DNA from: Oscillospiraceae bacterium
Lineage (GTDB): Bacteria > Bacillota > Clostridia > Oscillospirales > Oscillospiraceae
Assembly: GCA_017473455.1 (NCBI GenBank)
Contig: JAFULI010000069.1
Span: 1 to 57,239, forward strand
DNA: 57,239 bases
Direction: 5' to 3'
Position 1 is the first letter of the stretch, and each line of letters opens with the position of its first letter. Position numbers and translations under genes: made by a program. Positions 10,180 to 19,136 of the stretch are shown one piece after another. The notes beneath the pieces were generated by a model. It was not told where the DNA came from. It saw only the letters and a list, made by a program, of their open reading frames with translations, and ran no database searches.

Positions 10180-12111
10180 CTAAACCGCCGGTTTTTCAGC
10201 GGCATTATCATTGGTTGGTACCCCAAGGTACGGCAGAATTCTTCCCATCACCGCACCCACAGTCGGTGCTGCCATCACACCGCCGGAAATGTAGATTCCC
10301 GTTTCCCTGGATGGGGTATCCAAGGCTATCAATACAATATACTCTGGATTGTCCATGGGCGCAACCCCCACAAATGATACGATTTTATCCAGAACTCGCT
10401 GCCCATTTTCATCGAAAACATCAATTTTTTCACTGGTACCGGTCTTTCCCCCTATGGAATATCCGGCAACAGCGGCATTTTTTGCCGTTCCTTCGGTGAC
10501 AACGCTCTCCAGCAGGGTGCACATAGTTTTGGAGGTTGCCTCACTGATGACCTGACGCACCACCGTAGGTTCCTGTTTCAAAACCGTATTCCCTTGCGCA
10601 TCCACCACTTCCTCCACCAGATATGGCTCCATCAGGTAGCCACCGTTGACGGATGCAGCAATGGCACGCACCAACTGCAGCGGTGTAATCTTGAAGGTCT
10701 GACCGAAAGAGCCGGAGGTCAGGGATGCTGTGCCCCATTTATCCGTATCCGTAACAAGGGCTTTATCAAAGAACACGCCGCCGCTCTCCCCTGCCAGATC
10801 AATCCCCGTCTTTTCCAGAATGCCAAAACGCTGCACATATTCATAAAAGGTTTCGCCCCCCATTTTCAGGGCGATGTTGGCAAAGGCAACATTGCAGGAA
10901 TTTTGCAATGCCTGCGGTGTTTTCTGTGCCCCGTGTCCCGTGGAACGCCAGCAATGCAGAAGCTGGGAACGTCCCGGAATTTGCTCGGAGCCTTTGCAGT
11001 AAAAATTCGTCTGAAGGTCAATGGCTCCGCTGTCCAGCGCTGCGGACATGGTCACCACCTTAAAGGTAGAACCCGGCTCATATCCATCGGAAAGGCAGCG
11101 GTTCCGCCATTGCTTCAGCCGCGCGGCTGTGAGCGCGTCGTTGTAAGCCTTCCGTGCATCCCGGTAATCCTGAGTATCTTCCGGAAAGCGAAGGTAATCC
11201 GCCTTCAGACTCTGCAATTTTTCCTGCTGAACCGGGTCGGCAATCTCAAGATAGGTATTGGGGTCGTAACTTCCCAAGGTGGACATTGCCAGAATTTCTC
11301 CGGTTTTTGCCTTCATCACCAAGCCAAATGCCCCGTTTTTCACATCATACCGGGCGATGGCATTTTGCATTTCCTCTTCCAGACACCCTTGCACCGTAGT
11401 ATCCAGTGTCAGCACCACATCACAGCCATCGGTGGCGGAAATATAGTTTTCGTATGAAAAGGGCATATCCATTTCATTGTTGCCCTTGGTGGTGATTACC
11501 TTTCCGGCAGTACCGGTAAGGTAAGAATTATAGGATGCTTCGATACCCTCAGAGCCGGTATTGGAGGCGTTGGTAAATCCAATGACCTGCGCAGCCAGGG
11601 AACCGTAGGGATAATAGCGCATGGTGTTCGGCTCCAAATGAATTCCACGGACACCACTTTCATTGATATATTCCCGAACCGCTCCGGCAGTATCGGCATC
11701 CACCTTTGCGGCAATCTGCTGATACCGCAAAGAAAGATTCCGTGCCTTGGTTTCGATATCTTCCGGACTCAGTTCCAGAAGCTCACCCAGTTTTTGGGCA
11801 ACCGACGGAATATCCGCCTTGGACTGCTTCAGCTCATGGGGAGCAAGGTAAATATTTTCCACACTTTGGGATATGGCAAGAACATTCATATTCCGATCAT
11901 AGATGGTACCGCGGTGGGCGGTGACCGGAGTAGAGCGGCTTTGGTTGTTCAGTGCCAACGAAGAATAGTAGTCATGCTCCGAGACCATCAGTCGGTACAG
12001 TCTGCCCACTGTGGGCAGAAACACCAAAATCCCCAGCATCAGCATCACAGCCAGAATTCTGCGATGATGCCCGGAATCCCCCCGGACACGCAAATACTCT
12101 TTCTTCCCCAT
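10180..12111 (-). CDS. Class B penicillin-binding protein (SpoVD/FtsI-like), no PASTA domain seen
   Basis: RGTIYDRN, RYYPYG, STFK, SCN, KTGT; ATG 12111 after GAAAGGCGG. Confidence 0.92.
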   Translation of the reverse strand: MGKKEYLRVRGDSGHHRRILAVMLMLGILVFLPTVGRLYRLMVSEHDYYSSLALNNQSRSTPVTAHRGTIYDRNMNVLAISQSVENIYLAPHELKQSKADIPSVAQKLGELLELSPEDIETKARNLSLRYQQIAAKVDADTAGAVREYINESGVRGIHLEPNTMRYYPYGSLAAQVIGFTNASNTGSEGIEASYNSYLTGTAGKVITTKGNNEMDMPFSYENYISATDGCDVVLTLDTTVQGCLEEEMQNAIARYDVKNGAFGLVMKAKTGEILAMSTLGSYDPNTYLEIADPVQQEKLQSLKADYLRFPEDTQDYRDARKAYNDALTAARLKQWRNRCLSDGYEPGSTFKVVTMSAALDSGAIDLQTNFYCKGSEQIPGRSQLLHCWRSTGHGAQKTPQALQNSCNVAFANIALKMGGETFYEYVQRFGILEKTGIDLAGESGGVFFDKALVTDTDKWGTASLTSGSFGQTFKITPLQLVRAIAASVNGGYLMEPYLVEEVVDAQGNTVLKQEPTVVRQVISEATSKTMCTLLESVVTEGTAKNAAVAGYSIGGKTGTSEKIDVFDENGQRVLDKIVSFVGVAPMDNPEYIVLIALDTPSRETGIYISGGVMAAPTVGAVMGRILPYLGVPTNDNAAEKPAV

Positions 12112-12191
12112 ACCCAGCCGCCTTTCATCAAATCCATAAGCCCCGAAATGGGCAGCAAGGAAGCCCTCACTGCCCATTAAGGCTCATTCTC

Positions 12192-12219
12192 ATTGTATTG
12201 GCGGAGGATGGGTTTATGC
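12192..12219 (-). promoter_or_regulatory. Possible SigE promoter for the PBP gene
   Basis: GCATAAA-N13-AATACAAT resembles the B. subtilis SigE consensus; overlaps the ftsL-like stop. Confidence 0.4.
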
Positions 12220-12681
12220 GAACAGTTCGCTGAAAAACAATCCAACACGCGCAAAGAAGCCCGGTTCGGCTTCCGGCTGGGGAAGCGTCAGCTCCATGTC
12301 GACATGGTGTGCATCCTCACGGGAAATCAGACCCATTTGCAAGGCCTTCTCTTCCACTTCCTCAGGATCATAGATATCATGATAGGTTTCCCAAAGCATG
12401 GCATTCTCACTGCGAAGCTGGGAGACCTGCTCTTCCATACGGGCGGTCTGGGAATGCACGATTCCCAGACGAATCATGCCAATCGCCATGGTAATCAGCA
12501 GCAATCCTGCCGCTGCCATCGCACACAAAGACAGCGGATCTACATAGATAACCTGCTGCTTCCGCTTACGGGGCTTAGGCTGAGGCAGACCTACCTTCTG
12601 CTTGGTGGGCAGTTCCAAATGCCGGGCGGCAGAGCCGTAAGTATAGGCATGGACATATTGAATTTCCGGTTGACGTGCCAT
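12214..12681 (-). CDS. FtsL-like protein
   Basis: YTYGSAAR N-terminus, one TM, coiled coil, EEVEEKALQMGL; between rsmH and the PBP. Confidence 0.75.
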   Translation of the reverse strand: MARQPEIQYVHAYTYGSAARHLELPTKQKVGLPQPKPRKRKQQVIYVDPLSLCAMAAAGLLLITMAIGMIRLGIVHSQTARMEEQVSQLRSENAMLWETYHDIYDPEEVEEKALQMGLISREDAHHVDMELTLPQPEAEPGFFARVGLFFSELFA

Positions 12682-12735
12682 TTATATTCACTCCCTGAAA
12701 TGGTTGGGACGACAAAGGCAGATGTTTCTGCCTGA

Positions 12736-13671
12736 TTACAGTTTTTCACACACCCGGAGCTTTGCGCTTCTGGCTCTGGGGTTTCGGTCAAGCTCTTCCT
12801 GACCGGATACAATAGGCTTGCGGCTAATCAGCTTTACATGGGGCTTCTTTCCGCAGACGCACACGGGAAAGCTGGGAGGACAGGTACAGCCCTTAGAGGC
12901 GGCTGCCATCCCGGTCTTGACGATGCGGTCCTCCAAGGAATGGAAGGTGATCACCGCCAGACGCCCACCTGCATTCAGGCAGGGAATGGCATCTGCCATC
13001 ACTTTCTCCACACTGCCCAGCTCATCATTAACCGCAATACGGATTGCCTGAAAACTCCGCTTGGCAGGATGCTGCTTCTCTCGAAGAGCGGCAGGCGGCA
13101 TAGCGCTGCGGATGACATCCACCAGTTCCAAGGTAGTTTCGATAGGCTTTTCTTCACGGCGACGGCAAATCGCTGAAGCAATCTGGGGAGCATAACGCTC
13201 CTCGCCGTAGTCATATAAAATTCTTTTCAGTTCTTCTCTGGGCCAGGTGTTGACCACAGTATGGGCGCTCAGACTGTCCTGCGCATTCATTCGCATATCC
13301 AGAGGGGCATCTGCCATATAGGAGAAGCCTCTGGCACCGTCATCCAACTGAGGAGAAGATACGCCCAAATCCAGCAGAATACCGTCCACCCCGGGGATAT
13401 CCAAATCCCGAAGCACCTGCGCCAGCTCACAGAAATTGGAGTGAACCAGCGTCACCCGATCGGCATAAGGTGCCAGACGTTCCGATGCCGCCTTCAGCGC
13501 CACCGGGTCCCGGTCAATACCAATGAGTCTGCCGGTGGTCAATCGCTTGGCAATCTGGCTGGAATGCCCTGCTCCGCCAAGGGTACCGTCCACATAAATC
13601 CCATCGGGTTTGATATTCAATGCGTCAATACATTCTTCCAACAGAACGCTGACATGATAAAACTCGCTCAT
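12736..13671 (-). CDS. rsmH: 16S rRNA m4C1402 methyltransferase
   Basis: HVSVLL, DGTLGGAGHS, DLGVSSPQLD, FHSLEDR, NPRARSAKLR; start trimmed to MSEFYH. Confidence 0.98.
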   Translation of the reverse strand: MSEFYHVSVLLEECIDALNIKPDGIYVDGTLGGAGHSSQIAKRLTTGRLIGIDRDPVALKAASERLAPYADRVTLVHSNFCELAQVLRDLDIPGVDGILLDLGVSSPQLDDGARGFSYMADAPLDMRMNAQDSLSAHTVVNTWPREELKRILYDYGEERYAPQIASAICRRREEKPIETTLELVDVIRSAMPPAALREKQHPAKRSFQAIRIAVNDELGSVEKVMADAIPCLNAGGRLAVITFHSLEDRIVKTGMAAASKGCTCPPSFPVCVCGKKPHVKLISRKPIVSGQEELDRNPRARSAKLRVCEKL

Positions 13672-14096
13672 AAGCCAATCGCCTCCAAAGAAGCCAGCAG
13701 CTTCTCGGGGGTCAGGTTCTCCTGCTCGAAGGCAGCGAATTCCTGAGCATCCCAGATTTCCGCCTGACCGGCACGACCTACAATGACCACCTCGCGGCTG
13801 ATGCCGGCATAGTCCAGCAGGTTCTGGGTGAGCATAAAGCGGAACTGCTTGTCTGGGGTACATTCAGCGGCATTGATAAAAATCAGGCTGGTAGCAGCAC
13901 CCCTCTGGGAGATGGGCAAAGCATTATAATTCTCGCTGAGGGTCTGCCAGTCAGCGGCAGTATACACGGTAAGGCAGCGACGACCGCAATTAACACCAAG
14001 GGTAACAAAGAATGCTTCGCCCAGCTCTGCTCTCAGCTTTGCCGGAACGAAAAGACGATTCTTATCATCCAACTTGGCAGGGTATTTACCGATCAT
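13668..14096 (-). CDS. mraZ: Transcriptional regulator MraZ
   Basis: LDDKNRLFVPAKLR and second repeat DKQFR...EIW; head of the dcw cluster. Confidence 0.93.
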   Translation of the reverse strand: MIGKYPAKLDDKNRLFVPAKLRAELGEAFFVTLGVNCGRRCLTVYTAADWQTLSENYNALPISQRGAATSLIFINAAECTPDKQFRFMLTQNLLDYAGISREVVIVGRAGQAEIWDAQEFAAFEQENLTPEKLLASLEAIGL

Positions 14097-14109
14097 TGTG
14101 CCTCACCTC

Positions 14110-14146
14110 CTCCATTTTGCTCCACAATTACTCCATTTTGCTCCAC
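14110..14146 (-). promoter_or_regulatory. MraZ binding boxes (4x TGGAG, 10-11 bp period)
   Basis: CTCCA at 14110, 14120, 14131, 14141; CTCCATTTTGCTCCAC exactly duplicated. Confidence 0.75.
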
Positions 14147-14154
14147 TTGATAAC

Positions 14155-14183
14155 AGTATAACTGGTCGTTCCAAAAAAATCAA
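14155..14183 (-). promoter_or_regulatory. SigA promoter of the dcw operon
   Basis: TTGATT-N17-TATACT directly upstream of the MraZ boxes. Confidence 0.7.
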
Positions 14184-14289
14184 GATTTTTCATCATATTT
14201 TTTCAAAAAAATAATGTCAAAATGGGTTGTTTTCTGTATTTTCGAACGATTGTTCGTTAACGAGGCATTCAAGCATCTTTTCGAACAAA

Positions 14290-14332
14290 AAGGTAAATTG
14301 TTGTTTACCTGAGCGAAACAACAATTTACCTT
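14290..14332. repeat. Palindrome after the clpC-like gene; arm shared with the element at 34721-34917
   Basis: AAGGTAAATTGTTGTTT-N9-AAACAACAATTTACCTT. Confidence 0.7.
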
Positions 14333-14338
14333 ATTCAT

Positions 14339-16660
14339 TCAGGTTTGCAGGTGCAGTTTACCGTCTTTCCAGTTGGCTTTAATTTTTGTCGGCCGTTTTA
14401 CGGAACGCAGGAGCAGGGCAGCAAGAGGTGCTTCCACCTCTTCCTGTATCCGCTTTCGCAGATGCCGTGCGCCTTCCTTTTGTCCGCTTTCTCCCCAAAG
14501 GGTACGGCTCAGTTCCTGCGGGAAATGGAACTGAATCCCCATCTTTTCCAGACGGCTCTGGAGCTGACGCAGGTATTTCCCTGCAATGGCATCCATGGCT
14601 TCCGCATCCAGCGGACGGAAATGAACTACTTTATCCACACGTCCCAGGAACTCCGGTGAGAATGCCTGCCGCAGGGCATTTTCTGTTTCCTCCGCCCGAC
14701 TGTTAGGACGAAAGCCCAGTCCATCCCCCTTCAGCTCACCGCCAACATTGGATGTCATCACCACGATGGCATTCTTGAAACTGACCTTCCGACCGGTAGA
14801 ATCCGTCAGACAGCCTTCCTCCATGATTTGCAAAAGAATTCCCGATACATCCCGATGGGCTTTTTCCAGCTCATCCAGCAGCACCAGACAGTAAGGACGG
14901 CGACGTACCGCCTCCGTTAGTTTTCCCCCTTCTTCGTATCCCACATATCCGGGGGGCGCACCAATCAGTCGGGATACTGATTGCTTTTCCATATACTCTG
15001 TCATATCCAACCGAATCAAGGCATCCTTACTGCCAAACAGTTCCTGCGCCAGCACCCGGCACAGTTCTGTTTTTCCCACTCCGGTGGGCCCGGCAAAGAA
15101 CAGAGAAGCAATAGGGCGATTTTCATCCCGAATGCCGCAACAGCCCCGACGTACCGCTTCACTCACGGCACTGACTGCCTCACTTTGTCCCATAACACCT
15201 TTGGATAGTACACCTTCCAGACCCAGCAGCCGCTCCCGTTCATCGGCAGTCAGCCTTCCCACGGGTATTCCCGTACGGGCAGATACCGCCCATGCCACAT
15301 CCCCCGCTGTCACCGCACGGCTGCGACGGGGTTCCGCAGGTCGGACGATTTTTTGCATTTTATCCCGAAGCTCCGCCGCCCGTTCAAAGCGGCTCTCCCG
15401 AACCGCTTCATGGAGTGCCTGCTCCAAATCCTTTCGGGCATTCCCCTTCCCTGCCTTTTGCTCCTGAAGTCTTGCTCGGGCTGCTCCTTCATCCAGCAAG
15501 TCAATGGCTTTGTCCGGCAAAAACAGTTCCGGCAAATAGCGCACCGAAAGCCGCACCGCTTCCTGAAGGGCATCGTCGGTGATGCGAATATGGTGGTGTC
15601 GTTCCAGTCCCGGACGAAGTCCTCTCAGAATTGCCATCGTGGCCTCTTCGTCCGGCTCCGCTACCATGACCGGCCGAAACCGCCGATCCAGTGCCGGATC
15701 CTTTTCAATATATTTTCGGTACTCCGTCAGGGTAGTGGCACCCAGCATTTGCAGCTCCCCTCTGCCTAAGGCAGGTTTGAAAATATTTGCTGCATCAATC
15801 GCGCCCTCGGCGGCACCGGCCCCAACAATGGTGTGCATCTCATCCACAAACAAAATCACATCCCCGCACCGGCGAATCTCTGCCAGCACATCCCGAAGGC
15901 GTTCCTCGAATTCTCCGCGGTACTTGGTACCGGCAACCAGATTTGCCATATTCAGACTAACCAGCCGTTTTTCCTTTAACTGTGGCGGCACATTTCCCAC
16001 CGCCATCCGCTGGGCAAGCCCCTCGGCAATAGCGGTTTTTCCAACACCGGGTTCCCCGATGAGCGCAGGGTTATTCTTATTTTTCCGGCTGAGGATACCG
16101 ATCACCATATCGATCTCACAGTCTCTGCCGATGACCGGCTCCATGGTCTGCGCCTTCTGGATCAGATCCACACTGAATTGTTCCAATAGCTTCGTAGTCG
16201 CCGCCTCCTTTTTTCCTTTCATGGGGATATCGTAGTCCCGGGTCACCATTTCCAACGCCAGAGTAAACAGCAATTCCGGATCTGCCGTTGTAAAAGCAAG
16301 CAGCTCCCGTGCGGTGGTTTTCTCCTGACGAAGCAGTCCAAGAAAAACATGACCCGTGCCTATTTGCCGCCGCCCCAACGCTGCGGCTTCTTTGGCTGCC
16401 GCAGTCAAAATCCGATGTACCGTAGGGGTCATTCCCTGAGGCAGGGGCAAATCTGCCGTTCCTGTACCGTAGCGCAGGATAATCAAATCCCGAATCGCTT
16501 CCGGCTCTGCTCCCTCCCGACGCAGCATCAATCCCAGACTCCCCGGCTCCTGAGACAACGCCAACAGCAAATGAGCAGACCCCACAAAGCTATGTCCCAG
16601 TCCCCGTGCATTTCGGGTGGCACTGAGTAACAGCTCTGAAGTTCTGTTTTCGTATCGCAT
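14339..16660 (-). CDS. clpC: ClpC-like AAA+ Clp protease ATPase
   Basis: Clp N-domain, GEPGVGKT, AGTKYRGEFEER, UVR motif RFERAAELRD, GPTGVGKTE, LGF loop; ATG 16660 after AGGTG (GTG 16669 alternative). Confidence 0.88.
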   Translation of the reverse strand: MRYENRTSELLLSATRNARGLGHSFVGSAHLLLALSQEPGSLGLMLRREGAEPEAIRDLIILRYGTGTADLPLPQGMTPTVHRILTAAAKEAAALGRRQIGTGHVFLGLLRQEKTTARELLAFTTADPELLFTLALEMVTRDYDIPMKGKKEAATTKLLEQFSVDLIQKAQTMEPVIGRDCEIDMVIGILSRKNKNNPALIGEPGVGKTAIAEGLAQRMAVGNVPPQLKEKRLVSLNMANLVAGTKYRGEFEERLRDVLAEIRRCGDVILFVDEMHTIVGAGAAEGAIDAANIFKPALGRGELQMLGATTLTEYRKYIEKDPALDRRFRPVMVAEPDEEATMAILRGLRPGLERHHHIRITDDALQEAVRLSVRYLPELFLPDKAIDLLDEGAARARLQEQKAGKGNARKDLEQALHEAVRESRFERAAELRDKMQKIVRPAEPRRSRAVTAGDVAWAVSARTGIPVGRLTADERERLLGLEGVLSKGVMGQSEAVSAVSEAVRRGCCGIRDENRPIASLFFAGPTGVGKTELCRVLAQELFGSKDALIRLDMTEYMEKQSVSRLIGAPPGYVGYEEGGKLTEAVRRRPYCLVLLDELEKAHRDVSGILLQIMEEGCLTDSTGRKVSFKNAIVVMTSNVGGELKGDGLGFRPNSRAEETENALRQAFSPEFLGRVDKVVHFRPLDAEAMDAIAGKYLRQLQSRLEKMGIQFHFPQELSRTLWGESGQKEGARHLRKRIQEEVEAPLAALLLRSVKRPTKIKANWKDGKLHLQT

Positions 16661-16713
16661 GACAGACACCTGTTCGCTTAAAAATTCCCGGAAGCTTTTT
16701 CCGGTCCTTGGGA

Positions 16714-16742
16714 AGTTTTGCCTGACCGCTTAAAAAATATAC
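16714..16742 (-). promoter_or_regulatory. SigF-like forespore promoter upstream of clpC
   Basis: GTATA-N15-GGCAAAACT on the minus strand. Confidence 0.55.
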
Positions 16743-16761
16743 ACAGGATGAAAAAAAGGAA

Positions 16762-16789
16762 TTGCATTTTCCGAAATCCATGCTAGAAT
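16762..16789 (+). promoter_or_regulatory. SigA promoter of ferredoxin
   Basis: TTGCAT-N16-TAGAAT with extended TG. Confidence 0.6.
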
Positions 16790-16841
16790 AAATATGTGCC
16801 GCTGAGCGGTACGCCAAAAAAACATACAGGGAGGAAAGATC

Positions 16842-17012
16842 ATGGCTTACAATATCACTGACGCTTGCGTCAAGTGCGGCTCCTGCGCCGACAACTGCCC
16901 CGTTGAGGCTATCTCCGAGGGCGAGGACAAGTACGTCATCGATGCCGACGTTTGTGTCAGCTGCGGTTCCTGCGCTGATGCCTGCCCCGTTGAGGCTATC
17001 GAGGAAGGCTGA
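16842..17012 (+). CDS. Clostridial 2[4Fe-4S] ferredoxin, 56 aa (not in ORF track)
   Basis: MAYNITDACVKCGSCADNCPVEAISEGEDKYVIDADVCVSCGSCADACPVEAIEEG; two CxxCxxCxxxCP; GGAGG RBS. Confidence 0.97.
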   Translation: MAYNITDACVKCGSCADNCPVEAISEGEDKYVIDADVCVSCGSCADACPVEAIEEG

Positions 17013-17031
17013 TTCTTTCGAATCCGCAAGT

Positions 17032-17072
17032 GGCCTGCGCGCGGTCTGCCCGTTGCGCAGGCCCTATTTTTT
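17032..17072 (+). terminator. Intrinsic terminator after ferredoxin
   Basis: GGCCTGCGC/GCGCAGGCC stem then TATTTTTT. Confidence 0.7.
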
Positions 17073-17086
17073 ACGAAGGAGTGCCT

Positions 17087-17785
17087 ATGGAAACTCTGTT
17101 CAACGGCTTTACTCTGGTGCTTCCTGCCGGAACATTTCCGCTGAGTACCGACTCCATGGTGCTGTCAAGCTTTGTCCGGCTTCCCCGAAATGCCACGGTT
17201 CTGGATTTGGGTTCCGGCTGCGGTACGCTGGGAGTGCTGCTGTGCGCAAAAGACTCCGCTTGCCATGTGACCGGCATTGAACTGGAGGAAACTGCCCACA
17301 CCGCTGCTCTGGAGAATATCCGCCGCAACAATCTTCAAGGGCGCTTACACAGTATATGCGGCGACCTGCGTTCCAAAGACCTGCAAATTCAACCGGGGAG
17401 CTTCCACATTTGCGTATCCAATCCCCCCTATTTTTCCGCTGGGCCTGCCAGTCCTACCTTGGGGTCTGCACGTCGGGAGGATTCCTGTTCCCTTTCGGAG
17501 CTGTTTACCGCTGCCGCCCGTGCTTTGCGGTATGGGGGCGATTTTTATCTTGTACACCGACCGGAGCGGTTGGGTGAGCTATGCAGCCTTTCCAGCGCCA
17601 ACGGCTTAGAACCTAAGCGTTTGAAGCTGGTACGCCACCGGGAAGATGGAGAAATCTCTCTGGTACTGCTCCAATGCCGCAAAGGCGGCAAACCGGGATT
17701 GAAACTGGAAGAGTTGACCCTGCATCACGCTGACGGCTCTCCTACCCCGGCATACAGAGAAATCTATCACATTCAGGAGGACTGA
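17087..17785 (+). CDS. tRNA1(Val) A37 N6-methyltransferase-like (YabB/TrmN6)
   Basis: STDSMVLS, LDLGSGCG, NPPYF, VHRPERL; upstream of rsmI. Confidence 0.85.
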   Translation: METLFNGFTLVLPAGTFPLSTDSMVLSSFVRLPRNATVLDLGSGCGTLGVLLCAKDSACHVTGIELEETAHTAALENIRRNNLQGRLHSICGDLRSKDLQIQPGSFHICVSNPPYFSAGPASPTLGSARREDSCSLSELFTAAARALRYGGDFYLVHRPERLGELCSLSSANGLEPKRLKLVRHREDGEISLVLLQCRKGGKPGLKLEELTLHHADGSPTPAYREIYHIQED

Positions 17786-17787
17786 CC

Positions 17788-18621
17788 ATGGCAGGAATGC
17801 TGTATCTGGTTCCGACCCCTATCGGCAATCTGGGGGACATCTCCATCCGCTGCCGGGAAACGTTGGAGCAGGTGGATTTTATCGCCGCTGAGGACACCCG
17901 GGTAACTCTGAAACTTCTCAATCATCTGGGAATTAAAAAAAGCCTTGTCAGCTACTACGAGCATAACAAGGCTACCAAAGGAAATGTAATTCTGGAACGC
18001 ATCCTCGCCGGAGAAACCTGTGCTCTGGTTTCCGATGCGGGAAGTCCCGCTATCTCCGACCCGGGAGAAGAATTGGTCAAGCAGTGCGCCGACGCCGGTG
18101 TTACCGTGTGTGCCATTCCCGGCCCCTGTGCCGTGATTACCGCGCTGAGCATTTCCGGACAAAACACCGGCAGATTTTGCTTTGAGGGCTTTCTGTCCAC
18201 CGCTAAAAAGAGCCGTCGTGAGCATTTGGAGGCTTTGAATACAGAGACCCGTACCATGGTTTTTTACGAAGCCCCTCACAAGCTGGTTTCCACTTTGCAG
18301 GATATGGCGGAGGTATTCGGAGAAAACCGGAGCATCAGTCTGTGTCGGGAACTGACGAAACTCCACGAAGAAGTTGTGCGCACTACCTTAGGGCAGGCAA
18401 TTGAACGCTACACTCAGACCCCTCCCAAAGGAGAATTTGTGTTGGTAATTGCCGGAGCGCCGGAAGCGCCCAAAACCACAGCGACCGCTGACGATGCCGC
18501 TGCCAGAGTGGCAGAACTGATGGCTGAGGGAAGCAGTCGGAAGGATGCAATTCGCCAGACTGCCAAGGAGCTGAACCTGCCGAAAAATATCGTATATGAT
18601 GCCGCCCTTGGCATAGAATAA
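17788..18621 (+). CDS. rsmI: 16S rRNA C1402 2'-O-methyltransferase
   Basis: LYLVPTPIGNLGDI, AEDTR, SDAGSPAISDPG, YEAPHK, RELTKLHEE. Confidence 0.97.
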   Translation: MAGMLYLVPTPIGNLGDISIRCRETLEQVDFIAAEDTRVTLKLLNHLGIKKSLVSYYEHNKATKGNVILERILAGETCALVSDAGSPAISDPGEELVKQCADAGVTVCAIPGPCAVITALSISGQNTGRFCFEGFLSTAKKSRREHLEALNTETRTMVFYEAPHKLVSTLQDMAEVFGENRSISLCRELTKLHEEVVRTTLGQAIERYTQTPPKGEFVLVIAGAPEAPKTTATADDAAARVAELMAEGSSRKDAIRQTAKELNLPKNIVYDAALGIE

Positions 18622-18626
18622 TGACA

Positions 18627-18667
18627 AAAACAAAGCACGCTGCTTTTTGGCAGCGTGCTTTGGTTTA
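18627..18667. terminator. Bidirectional terminator rsmI/abrB
   Basis: CAAAGCACGCTGC/GCAGCGTGCTTTG inverted repeat between convergent genes. Confidence 0.75.
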
Positions 18668-18691
18668 CTTTATGGAGAAGAAATCAGAAGA

Positions 18692-18934
18692 TTATTCTGC
18701 GTTCATACTACGCATACAATCACGACAGACATTCTTGCCCCGGTAGGAAGCAAGTCCGTATGAGGAATCGCAGAAAATACAGAAAGGTGCGAACTTCTGG
18801 AGTACGATGCGATCGCCTTCCATAAAGATTTCCAGCTCATCCCGTTCCGCAATATCCAGAGTACGGCGCAGCTCAATAGGAATTACAATTCTACCCAGCT
18901 CGTCTACCTTACGAACAATACCAGTTGACTTCAT
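18692..18934 (-). CDS. abrB: AbrB family transition-state regulator
   Basis: MKSTGIVRKVDELGRIVIPIELRR plus clostridial CIFC...CRDC tail. Confidence 0.92.
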   Translation of the reverse strand: MKSTGIVRKVDELGRIVIPIELRRTLDIAERDELEIFMEGDRIVLQKFAPFCIFCDSSYGLASYRGKNVCRDCMRSMNAE

Positions 18935-19014
18935 ACAGTCTCCTCCTTTCCCCCTGTGGGTTAGATTTCACGGTTCAGACTGCGAGATCCAAACGCATGA
19001 TTTTCTTTATCACT

Positions 19015-19043
19015 ATGATAACAGTCCGAAACCAACTTGTCAA
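19015..19043 (-). promoter_or_regulatory. SigA promoter of abrB
   Basis: TTGACA-N17-TATCAT. Confidence 0.7.
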
Positions 19044-19084
19044 ATGTTTTTTGTCCAAAAATCACTTTTTTCTTGTAAATTTCA

Positions 19085-19115
19085 GTTATTTTTCATCTCT
19101 GTCGTTGCATACACT
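19085..19115 (+). promoter_or_regulatory. Probable SigE promoter of spmAB
   Basis: -10 CATACACT at 19108-19115; -35 weak; spmAB is SigE-controlled in B. subtilis. Confidence 0.45.
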
Positions 19116-19136
19116 ACACCTGAGGTGGTTTTTCTT

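Noticed and set aside
16847-17280. ORF-track calls 16847-17029 (-) and 16903-17280 (+)
   Set aside because: Overlap the real ferredoxin in other frames
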